From positions 1 to 64,000 of the forward strand of contig CAVQBA010000004.1 of NCBI GenBank assembly GCA_963710605.1: 64,000 nt of DNA. Direction: 5' to 3'. Made by a program: the position numbers and the translations under genes. The stretch comes from an uncultured cyanobacterium. GTDB lineage: Bacteria; Cyanobacteriota; Cyanobacteriia; Cyanobacteriales; Cyanobacteriaceae. This document shows positions 51,534-60,752 of the stretch, piece by piece. The stretch's first letter is position 1, and every line of letters begins with the position of its first letter. The notes under the pieces were generated by a model. The model had not been told where the DNA came from. It searched no databases and was given only the letters and a program-made list of their open reading frames with translations.

Positions 51534-53505
51534 ATGTCTGAACAGAATAATTTATCCCTTTCCCAGACAGGAGATACATTAAAAGCGAGAGAAGAAGCAT
51601 CTTCTGAAAAAACATCCTATAAAAGACTCAAAGAATTAGCCCAAAGTGAAGATAAAGAGACTCGTCGCCTAGTCACGGCAAATAACAAAACCTCAGTTAA
51701 GGCGTTAACTCAAAAAATATTATTTCAGTTAGTACAAGAATTTCCCGAAGAGTTTTTACGCAATACTAACCTCCAATCTTGGCTCGATTATCTAGATTAT
51801 GAAGTTTTATATTCTAAAATTCCTTTTGAATCCTTACAAAGTTTGCTTAAAAATCCAAATGTGCCAATAAATTTAATTGAGTGGACGATAGAGAACAACA
51901 AAAATAATCTATATCAAGCTATTGTAGAAAACCCTTCAGTTAGTAAATCGACATTAAATATTCTGGAAGAAAAATGCCAAGAAGAATCAATCATTAAAGC
52001 AATTCATTTACACAGTAATTGGCAAGAAAAAGATAAAAATTTATACTTTGAGTTTTTGCAACAAAATTTACTCAATTTAGATGTGCATACATATAAATGG
52101 TATCAATTAAGAAAAATATTTGATGAAGATAAGATTGATGTTTCAATATTTTTAAATTGGTCATATATTAATTTAGAAAATGCTAATTTAGAAGGTGCTA
52201 ATTTAGACGGTGCTAATTTAGAAGGTGCTAATTTAAAAGATGCTAATTTAGAAGATGTTCATTTAGTAGGTGCTAATCTAAACGGTGCTAATCTAAACGG
52301 TGTTCATTTAGTAGGTGCTGATTTAAAAAATGCCAATCTAAACGGTGCTTATCTAACAGGTGCTAATTTATTAAGAAATACTAATTATCTCTTCAAAACT
52401 ACTCGACTAGAAGGTGCTGATTTAGAAAATGCCAATCTAAGAGGTGCTAATCTAACAGGTGCTAATTTAATAGATGCTAATCTAAAAAGTGCTGATTTAA
52501 AAAGTGCTGATTTAGACGATGCTGATTTAAAAAGTGCTGATTTAGACGGTGCTAATTTAAAAGGTGCTAATCTAAACGGTGCTAATTTAGAAAGTGCTAA
52601 TCTAACAGGTGCCAATTTAATAGTTGCTAGTCTAAGATGGGCTAATTTAGAAGGTGCTAATTTAGAAGGTGCTGATTTAGAAGGTACTAATTTAGAAGGT
52701 GCTGATTTAAAAGGTACTAATCTAAACGGTGCTAATCTAAAAAGTGCTGATTTAGACGGTGCTAATTTAGAAGGTGCTAATTTAGAAGGTGCTGATTTAA
52801 AAGGTGCTGATTTTTATTTAAAAAGTGCTAATCTGAAGAGGTGCTAATTTAAGAGGTGCTGATTTAAAAGGTGCTGATTTAAAAGGTGCTGATTTAAAAG
52901 GTGCTGATTTAAAAGGTGTTGATTTAAAAGGTGCTGATTTAAAAGGTGCTGATTTAGAAGGTACTAATCTAAACGGTGCTAATCTAAACGGTGCTAATCT
53001 AAACGGTGCTAATTTAGAAGATGCTGATTTAGAAGGTACTAATCTAAAAAGTGCTAATCTAAAAAGTGCTAATCTAAAAAGTGCTAATCTAAAAAGTGCT
53101 AATTTAGAAGATGCTAATTTAGAAGATGCTGATTTAGAAGATGCTGATTTAGACGGTGCTAATTTAGACGGTGCTAATTTAGTAGGTGCTGATTTAGACG
53201 GTACTGATTTAGACGTTGCTTATTTAATAGATAAAGATGAATTGGATAATATAGTTGAGGAGATAGAATCGATCGCTGGTGAAATTCAAGAGTATTATGA
53301 TAGGGGCTCTTATGATTATATAGATGAAGGGCTTGAGCCTAGTGATGTTCGAGATGAAGTTGATGAGCTTAAAGACAAGCTAACAACACTTCAAGATGAA
53401 CTATTGGACAAAATTTCAGTATTAAAAAACATAGATTCAGACACATACAAATATTATGATGATTATAGTTTTAAATACGAATACTTTGAAGGAGCATTAG
53501 AGTAG
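51534..53505 (+). CDS. LRV-like N-terminus + long pentapeptide-repeat beta-helix + acidic C-terminal domain; +1 lesion at about 52835 joins ORFs 51534-52847 and 53242-53505 (about 656 aa)
   Basis: A(N/D)Lxx repeats continue from 52840 in the same frame as ORF 53242-53505 with no stop. Confidence 0.85.
52171..53226 (+). repeat. Coding 15-bp tandem repeat (pentapeptide repeats, roughly 65-70 units)
   Basis: GGTGCT(A/G)AT(T/C)TA(G/A)A(A/C) units read directly. Confidence 0.95.
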
Positions 53506-53525
53506 TAATCAAATACATCTATACA

Positions 53526-54662
53526 ATGGAAATAATTGCTGTCGGTAGTGCAGAAAACAAAAGAATCAAGTTATTTAAAGAAGCCATAAATAAACGAAAT
53601 CTTACCCTCAAAAATCTCATTACCTACGATCGAATTATCGATAATCCTAGCTTAATCAATCAATTCATCGACAAGAATACGATTATTCGCTTTGACTCTC
53701 CTGAGAGAAATTTTGACATTCAAAAGAAAATAATAGAAGTTGGTTATAATCCTCATAATAACAGTAAAAATAAACAAATATCTCCTAAACAATTAAACAA
53801 CTTTCCTTTTATTAAAGGAGAAATTCGCTACCCAAAACAATTTTTTCAAGGATGGCAAAAACTACTTAAACTATGGGGTGATAACTTACAAATCAAAAGT
53901 TTTAATCATCCTTATGATATAGCTAAAATGTTTGATAAAACTTACTGTAACAATCTTTTTGCTCAGAATAAATTACCCGTTGCCCAATCATTAGGAAACA
54001 TAACTTGCTATGAAGAATTAAAAGAAACGATGTATCAGCAAGGTTACCAAAAAGTCTTTATCAAATTAGCTCATGGTTCATCAGGTTCAGGAGTTGTTGC
54101 TTATAATTTAGGTGAATATAATCAACCTGAATCTGCCATTACTACCGTCGATATAAGAAGAAGAAAAAACGATATTAAGCTATTTAATTCTCGCCAAATT
54201 AAAACCTATAAGAATAAACAAAATATCAAAGATATAATTAATTATCTTTGTGCAGAAGAAGTACAAGTAGAAGAATGGTTACCGAAAGCTAAATTAGGTG
54301 ATTACCCCTTCGATTTAAGAATTGTAGTGATTAACGGAGAACCACAACATACTGTGGTTAGACTTGGTACAAGGGGAATAATTACTAACTTACATTTATT
54401 AAACAAAAGAGGAAATTTAGAAGATTTTTTAAATAAAGTTCACCCGAAACAATGGGAAAAAATGCAAGAAACTTGTGTAAAAGCATTATCTTTATTTCCG
54501 AATAGTTTGTATGCTGGAGTTGATTTATTAGTTTATCCAGACTTTAAGCAACACGCTATTTTAGAAATTAATGCTTTCGGAGATTTATTACCCAACTTAT
54601 ACTGGCAAGGAATGGACACTTATACTAGTGAATTAGTGAGTTTGCAAAAACTTTATTGTTAA
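53526..54662 (+). CDS. ATP-grasp fold protein, STM4014-like
   Basis: MFDK, VFIKLAHGSSGSGV, VEEWLPKA, FDLRIVV, GVDLL, LEINAFGDLLP. Confidence 0.85.
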   Translation: MEIIAVGSAENKRIKLFKEAINKRNLTLKNLITYDRIIDNPSLINQFIDKNTIIRFDSPERNFDIQKKIIEVGYNPHNNSKNKQISPKQLNNFPFIKGEIRYPKQFFQGWQKLLKLWGDNLQIKSFNHPYDIAKMFDKTYCNNLFAQNKLPVAQSLGNITCYEELKETMYQQGYQKVFIKLAHGSSGSGVVAYNLGEYNQPESAITTVDIRRRKNDIKLFNSRQIKTYKNKQNIKDIINYLCAEEVQVEEWLPKAKLGDYPFDLRIVVINGEPQHTVVRLGTRGIITNLHLLNKRGNLEDFLNKVHPKQWEKMQETCVKALSLFPNSLYAGVDLLVYPDFKQHAILEINAFGDLLPNLYWQGMDTYTSELVSLQKLYC

Positions 54663-54714
54663 TATCAAAAGTTAGTAAAAATCAAAAATGAACAAATAAA
54701 GTAGGTGTATATAA

Positions 54715-55518
54715 ATGTTTAATATGAATAATATTGTAGGTAAATATGACATTTTATTTATAACCTTAGATACTTTAAGATATGATGTTGCAGTCAAACT
54801 ATATCAATCAGGAAAAACTCCCAACTTAAATAAAATATTACCCCCTACAGGTTGGGAGAAAAGACACACTTGTGGTAACTTTACTTATACTGCTCATCAT
54901 GGCTTTTTCGCTGGTTTTTTACCTACCCCTATCACTGATGCTATTCATTCTCGTCTCTTTGCATTAAACTTTCAAGGAAGTACAACAACCACAGAAAATA
55001 CTTGTATTTTAGAAGGAGAAAATATAGTAGAAGGACTAGCCAAAAAAAATTATCGTACTGTGTGTATTGGCGGGGTAGGATTCTTTAATAAAGCAACCTC
55101 TTTAAGTTGTGTATTTCCCAATTTTTTTCAAGAAAGCTACTGGGATAAAAGTTTAGGAGTAACAGATATAAATTCTACTCACAATCAAGTTAATTTAGCT
55201 TTAAATATCATTAACAAAACACCTTTATATCAACGATTATTTTTATTTATTAACATCTCAGCTTTACATCAACCAAATTACTTTTACTTAAATCCAGATA
55301 GAGAAGATAAAAAAGATTCTCTCCAATCCCATGCCGCCGCATTAGAATATATAGATAAGGAATTATTACCTCTATGGCAAACATTAAAGGAAAGACATCC
55401 TACTTTTGTTATTTTAACTTCAGATCATGGTACAGCTTACGGTGAAGATAATTATCACGGTCACCGCTGTGGACATTCTATCGTGTGGACAGTTCCTTAT
55501 GCTAAATTTATTTTATAA
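54715..55518 (+). CDS. Alkaline phosphatase/sulfatase-superfamily metalloenzyme, STM4013-like
   Basis: LFITLDTLRYD, GFFAGFLPTP, ALHQPN, SDHGTAYGEDNYHGHR. Confidence 0.85.
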   Translation: MFNMNNIVGKYDILFITLDTLRYDVAVKLYQSGKTPNLNKILPPTGWEKRHTCGNFTYTAHHGFFAGFLPTPITDAIHSRLFALNFQGSTTTTENTCILEGENIVEGLAKKNYRTVCIGGVGFFNKATSLSCVFPNFFQESYWDKSLGVTDINSTHNQVNLALNIINKTPLYQRLFLFINISALHQPNYFYLNPDREDKKDSLQSHAAALEYIDKELLPLWQTLKERHPTFVILTSDHGTAYGEDNYHGHRCGHSIVWTVPYAKFIL

Positions 55519-55529
55519 AATTTTGGTTC

Positions 55530-56872
55530 ATGAATTCATTGACAATTGATAATAAGCAAACTATAACAGAATTATTAGAAGATTCACCTTATCGGACTTA
55601 TGTTTATTCTTATCCCCATAAAACAGCCTATCGTAGCCTTAATCCTCCTTTAAAATTAAAAGATATTTGGGCAGAGGAACAAAAAGATGCTTTATTTTTA
55701 TATTTCCATATCCCTTTTTGTGAAATGCGATGTGGTTTCTGTAATTTATTTACTACTGTCAGTAATAATCAAGAATTATTTAATCAATACATTAATCAAT
55801 TACAAAATCAGGCTAAAGTAGTTAAAGAAAAATTAGGAGATATATCTTTTTCTCGTTTTGCTTTAGGAGGAGGAACACCAACTCAATTATCTTTTACTCA
55901 ATTGGAAAAAACTTTCAATATAGCAGAAAATATTTTCAATCTAGATTTACAAACTATTCCTTCATCAGTTGAAGTATCCCCAGAAACAGCAACTAAAGAT
56001 AAACTTCTTTTACTTAAACAAAAAGGAATCAAAAGAATTAGCATTGGTATTCAAAGTTTAATTGATGATGAAGTTTTAGCCATTCAGAGAAGACAAAATA
56101 GTAAGCAAGTAAAGCAAATTTTAGAATTAATTAAAAGTTATAATTTTCCTATTTTAAATATTGACCTAATTTATGGATTACCCAATCAAACTATTCATTC
56201 ATGGTTACAATCATTAGAAATAACTATTAGTTTTGAGCCAGAAGAAATTTATCTTTATCCTCTTTATGTTCGTCCTCTAACAGGGATAGATAAAACAAAT
56301 AAAGAATGGGATGATATTCGTCTTGATTGTTACCGACAAGGAAAACAATTTTTATTAGCTAACGGTTATGAGCAAGTATCGATGCGAATGTTTCGTTTAT
56401 CCTCTAATCAAGTAAAAAATGAGCCTGTTTATTGCTGTCAATCTGATGGTATGATTGGCATAGGATGTGGAGCTAGATTTATACTCGCCGAGTTCACTAT
56501 TCTAATGATTATGCTGTTAACGATAGAAATATTATTAGTATTATTAATAACTATCTTAACAATCAAAAAGAAGAATTTACTTTCACTAATTATGGTTTTA
56601 TTCTTAATCAAGACGAACAAAAACGACGTTATTTATTAATCTCCTTATTATCGGCAGAAGGATTGAATATTAATTTATATAAACAGATATTTAATAGCGA
56701 TATATGGAAAGACTTACCAACCCTTAAAAATTTCATAAACCATAAACTAATTTACCTTGAAAATAATATATTAAGATTGTCAAACTTAGGCTTAGAAAAG
56801 TCAGATACGATTGGATTTTATTTGTTTTCTCCTCAGGTTATCTCGTTGATGAATAATTATGAGTTAAAATAA
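55530..56872 (+). CDS. HemN-like radical SAM protein, STM4012-like; 1-nt deletion at about 56478 joins ORFs 55530-56639 and 56663-56872
   Basis: YSYPHKTAY, LYFHIPFCEMRCGFCNLF, GGGTPT; corrected frame GCGARSYTRRVHYSNDYAV...DEQKRRYLL. Confidence 0.87.
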
Positions 56873-56892
56873 TAGTGATTTTTTTTGTCAAG

Positions 56893-57747
56893 ATGAAATT
56901 AACAATTCTTTATCGGGGTTCACTATCAAGTTGTAACTATGGTTGTGAATATTGTCCCTTTGCCAAACAACAGCAATCAGCTCTAGAATTAGCTCAAGAT
57001 AAGCAAGAAGTAAAAAAATTTATTAATTGGATTGAAAGTAACACTGACTATGAAATGACTATTTTCTTTACTCCTTGGGGAGAAGCACTAATTCATTCTT
57101 GGTATCAAAAAGCATTAATCAAACTATCCCAAGTAAATCATCTTGATAAGGTAACGATTCAGACAAACCTATCTTGCCCTGTTGATTGGGTTGAACAATG
57201 TAATCCAGAAAAAGTAGCTTTATGGACGACTTTTCATCCTCAATGGAGTAATTTGGAGCAGTTTATCGAAAAATGTATTTTTCTCGAAAACAAAAAGATT
57301 AAATTTAGTGTTGGTGTTGTCGGTTTTCCCCATTTTATACCCATCATTAAACAATTGAGAGAAAAGTTAACGGATGACATTTATTTATGGATTAATGCAG
57401 TCAAAAAACAACTACCTCAAATGTCAGCAAAAGAATTAAATTTTTTTGCCAAAATTGATCCTTTATTTGAGCTTAACACTAATCATTATCAATCATTAAA
57501 TCGATTCTGTCGAACTGGTGCTTCAGTTATTTCTGTTGATGGTGATGGGGTAATAAAAAGATGTCATTTTATTCAAAAACCATTAGGAAATATTTACACT
57601 GATGATTTACAGTATATATTAAAAGAGAGGGTTTGTACTAATCAAGCTTGTCATTGCCATATTGGTTATGTCCATTTAGATTATTTAAAGTTAGAAAAAA
57701 TATATGGCGATTGCATAATTGAAAGAATCCCCTTGAATTATCCTTAA
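56893..57747 (+). CDS. Radical SAM protein with Cys-rich C-terminus, STM4011-like
   Basis: ILYRGSLSSCNYGCEYCPFAK, FTPWGEAL, QTNLS; C-terminal CRTG..RCHF..CTNQACHCHIGY. Confidence 0.87.
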   Translation: MKLTILYRGSLSSCNYGCEYCPFAKQQQSALELAQDKQEVKKFINWIESNTDYEMTIFFTPWGEALIHSWYQKALIKLSQVNHLDKVTIQTNLSCPVDWVEQCNPEKVALWTTFHPQWSNLEQFIEKCIFLENKKIKFSVGVVGFPHFIPIIKQLREKLTDDIYLWINAVKKQLPQMSAKELNFFAKIDPLFELNTNHYQSLNRFCRTGASVISVDGDGVIKRCHFIQKPLGNIYTDDLQYILKERVCTNQACHCHIGYVHLDYLKLEKIYGDCIIERIPLNYP

Positions 57748-57771
57748 AATCTTGTAATTAAAATTATATTA

Positions 57772-58881
57772 ATGACTTCTCCTGAAAATTTACAAATTTT
57801 GTCAGAGTGTGTTAACACCTCATCACCAAGCGTTACTCGTTTAATGGCTTTAACCCATCCAAATCTTCCTTTAGAAGGCTTAATAAATTGTTCGGATTCT
57901 ATTGCATGGGAAGAAAGACACGCTGTAGCCAATCATCCTAATACCCCTAAATCAGTTTTAAAAAAATTAAAACAGGATGTTAATTCTTTAGTGATTGAAG
58001 CGGCAACTCAAAATTGGCAAAATCGTTTTACGGAAAACGAAGAAGAAGAAGGTAATAAATTAACTCATAAAATAGAAAATTTTGACGAAAATAATAGTCT
58101 AGATATAGATAATAATGATATAGATCAAAATCAAAGTGAAAATCAAGAACAACTTAATAATAATGAATTTGATCAAGAATTAAGTAAATTATTAGCTATA
58201 CAAAAAGAAAATAAATATAAACCTACATGGGTTTATTCAAATCTAAAAAATGATTTTACTTTAACTTATCCAAATCTTAAAAAAATTGCTAAGGCTTTGG
58301 ATTATAAAGAAGGATGGGCGTATTATAAATATATTGAAATTTGCCGAGACAAAATAACTAATTCATCTAACCATGAAGAAAAATTAGAATTTATTAATAA
58401 CTTCATTAATGCACATCCAGAATTTGCTGATTTATATATTATCAGAGCTGATTTATATCAAGAGAATAATCAATACAATGAATCATATGAAGATTATACT
58501 AATGCAATAAAATTAAAAAATGACAAGACTGAATATTATCAAAAAAGAGCTAACTTGTGTTTATTAATAAACAAACAGGAACAAGGCATTGAAGATTGTT
58601 ATCAAATTTTAGATTTATATGATAAAGAAGATAATAAATCGAAGAAAAAGCAAGAAGCGATCGACAAATGTTTAAGCCTACTCGATAAATTTAATCAATA
58701 TCCGCATATAACTAGGGATAATATTATCGATAATGCTCAACTTGAAATAGGTGACTGGGTTACAGAAATCAATTATGCCCAAATAATAGCAAAGAATAAA
58801 GAATCAATGACTCTTAAATCTTTACTTGGTAATGAGAAAAAAATAATATTTAATGAAACAGAATCAAATTATTTATTCTAG
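57772..58881 (+). CDS. LRV-like repeat / low-complexity / TPR mosaic protein
   Basis: ERHAVANHPNTP; N/E/D-rich linker; YKPTWVY..YKEGWAYY; YIIRADLY..DYTNAIKL..YYQKRA. Confidence 0.7.
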   Translation: MTSPENLQILSECVNTSSPSVTRLMALTHPNLPLEGLINCSDSIAWEERHAVANHPNTPKSVLKKLKQDVNSLVIEAATQNWQNRFTENEEEEGNKLTHKIENFDENNSLDIDNNDIDQNQSENQEQLNNNEFDQELSKLLAIQKENKYKPTWVYSNLKNDFTLTYPNLKKIAKALDYKEGWAYYKYIEICRDKITNSSNHEEKLEFINNFINAHPEFADLYIIRADLYQENNQYNESYEDYTNAIKLKNDKTEYYQKRANLCLLINKQEQGIEDCYQILDLYDKEDNKSKKKQEAIDKCLSLLDKFNQYPHITRDNIIDNAQLEIGDWVTEINYAQIIAKNKESMTLKSLLGNEKKIIFNETESNYLF

Positions 58882-59314
58882 CAGTTTATACTCTAAAGAA
58901 TCAGAAATTTGTATAGAAGAACTAGGTAATTTACTACAGCAAAAAAACAACATTATAACCTTAGCTATAACCTGTAAAAAAGAGTTTTCCCAATCATTAT
59001 TAAAGCAGAGCATTTGGGATCATATTTTACCATCTTTAAAAAATAAAAATGACGATAATAAAGAATTAGAAACAATTAAACAAATTATTGATGAAACTAT
59101 ACATGAAATAGTAAACGTAAGTAATGAAACCATTATCGGTTGTATTTTTAAAAATTATTTTTCAGAACAAAAAGTTAAGATAATTACTATTAATCATGTA
59201 AGAAAAGAGCGAAAATTACTCACTATAAATTATGAATCAATTGAGAGTATAGTATTTCAAAATATTAAGTATAATATTAGAAAATTAAAAAAAGCTATCT
59301 TGAAACCTGTTTGA
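58853..59314 (+). CDS. Hypothetical protein
   Basis: 153-aa ORF overlapping the upstream stop; no recognisable motif. Confidence 0.5.
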   Translation: MKQNQIIYSSSLYSKESEICIEELGNLLQQKNNIITLAITCKKEFSQSLLKQSIWDHILPSLKNKNDDNKELETIKQIIDETIHEIVNVSNETIIGCIFKNYFSEQKVKIITINHVRKERKLLTINYESIESIVFQNIKYNIRKLKKAILKPV

Positions 59315-59594
59315 AGAGTCTTAATAAACTCCAGAAAAAAATATGACTCAATTATCCTGTAGAATTACTTGTTATTTCCACAAACCATTTTGGTAACTCA
59401 GGTAGTCTATATTGTCTATGAAATATAAAGATTGACGTTCTGATTAACTGTAGTTTAGACTTAATAACTCTGCTTTAGACTAATTTAAAACCTCAAACTC
59501 GAAATTGAGAATAAATCATTAACTTAATTTATTTGATTAATCATCGTCTAAAGCAAGTAATATTAATAATTATATAACAGTATTTAATGCAATC

Positions 59595-59712
59595 TATAGC
59601 GTTTATTAAAAACATGAGTTACAGTTTGTTTTTACTACCATTGCGAGAATGGCTATTCCCCATTCCCTCACTTCGATAATTGGTGTACCTCATCTTAATC
59701 AGAATTGCTATA
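59595..59712. mobile_element. Short MITE with family-B termini and different internal cargo
   Basis: TATAGCGTTT...GTACCTCATCTTAATCAGAATTGCTATA. Confidence 0.65.
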
Positions 59713-59785
59713 TATAGTTTCGTAAGAGTTTAAAACCAGAAAAAACAAGCTAAACTCTTGAAAAAATAACAATAATGAAAATAGA

Positions 59786-60634
59786 ATGGAAATACAACAA
59801 ATTAAAATTTTATTGCAACTATTAAAACAAAATGATTATCAAGGAAAGATAGGAGAAATTAAACCGAATAGTAAAACAACAATTAGCGTTACTGAAAAAC
59901 TTTGTTATCAATTATATGATAGAGAATTAATTGAAATCACAGAAAAAAATCAGACAATTATTTGTAATAAAAAATCAGATCAAGTAATAAATAACGATCG
60001 ATATAATCAATTAGAACAAAAAATACTACAACAATGTCAGAATAAAAAAGTAAAAATTTCTACAATAAAAATTACTCCTGCCAGTAAACGAGACTTATTG
60101 ATAGAAAAATTAGCGAAAGAAAAGTTAATTACTATTACTGATAAAAAAATTACTCATGTTAAATTAGTAGAAAAAGGTCAACAATTTTTAGCCGAAGAAC
60201 TATTAGTAGAAGGATTAAGTAATGTTACTTTATTTAAACCATTATTAAATGATTATTTAACCTTTATTCGTAATTATTTTCAAGCTAAAAATAAACATAT
60301 ACTATATTCAAGTAAAATTTTAAATAAAACAGAAGAAAAAGAAAATATTGAGCATGATAAACCTATTAACTCTGATGATGTTTTACAAGTAATAAAAAAA
60401 CTAGATCAACAATTAAATACAGATAATTATTTACCAATTTTTCATCTGAGAAACTATTATCAACAGTTTTTATCAAGACAAGAACTAGACAATATAATAT
60501 TTACATTACAGAAAAAAAATAAAATATCTCTTAGTCGCCTCGTTGATGCCTCTCAATATACAGCAGAAGAATATCAAGCAGGCATTCCCCAAAGTATCGG
60601 TTATCCGATTTTCTATTTAATAGTTAAGGAATGA
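59786..60634 (+). CDS. RcaD-like putative DNA-binding protein
   Basis: 282 aa; C-terminal TDNYLPIFHLR..LSRQELD..ISLSRL..YT.EE..AGIPQ.IG.PIF pattern; precedes an ATPase. Confidence 0.65.
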   Translation: MEIQQIKILLQLLKQNDYQGKIGEIKPNSKTTISVTEKLCYQLYDRELIEITEKNQTIICNKKSDQVINNDRYNQLEQKILQQCQNKKVKISTIKITPASKRDLLIEKLAKEKLITITDKKITHVKLVEKGQQFLAEELLVEGLSNVTLFKPLLNDYLTFIRNYFQAKNKHILYSSKILNKTEEKENIEHDKPINSDDVLQVIKKLDQQLNTDNYLPIFHLRNYYQQFLSRQELDNIIFTLQKKNKISLSRLVDASQYTAEEYQAGIPQSIGYPIFYLIVKE

Positions 60635-60752
60635 GCGAAGCTTTAGTTAGAATTTTTTTGTTAATAAGCAGGAAAACTATTTGAGAGCAAAGACTAGCAA
60701 TTTTTTTCATTCACTCGTAGTCAAGTAAAATTTAATATCTTCAATCACAAAA

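Noticed and set aside
52171-53226. Possible CRISPR array or DGR-type repeat
   Set aside because: Contiguous 15-bp in-frame coding repeats with no unique spacers; no cas or reverse transcriptase gene in the window
2835-57932. Short antisense ORFs inside real genes (e.g. 2835, 4032, 5147, 9173, 13054, 14616, 16754, 22579, 24300, 25339, 25957, 30967, 32853, 33370-34484, 36722, 37798, 40367, 45881, 52385, 56438, 57744)
   Set aside because: Shadow frames opposite well-supported genes
48750-59325. Inverted repeats bounding a transposon around the operon (about 48752 and 59305)
   Set aside because: Similarity is short and weak in AT-rich DNA; no target duplication or intact transposase
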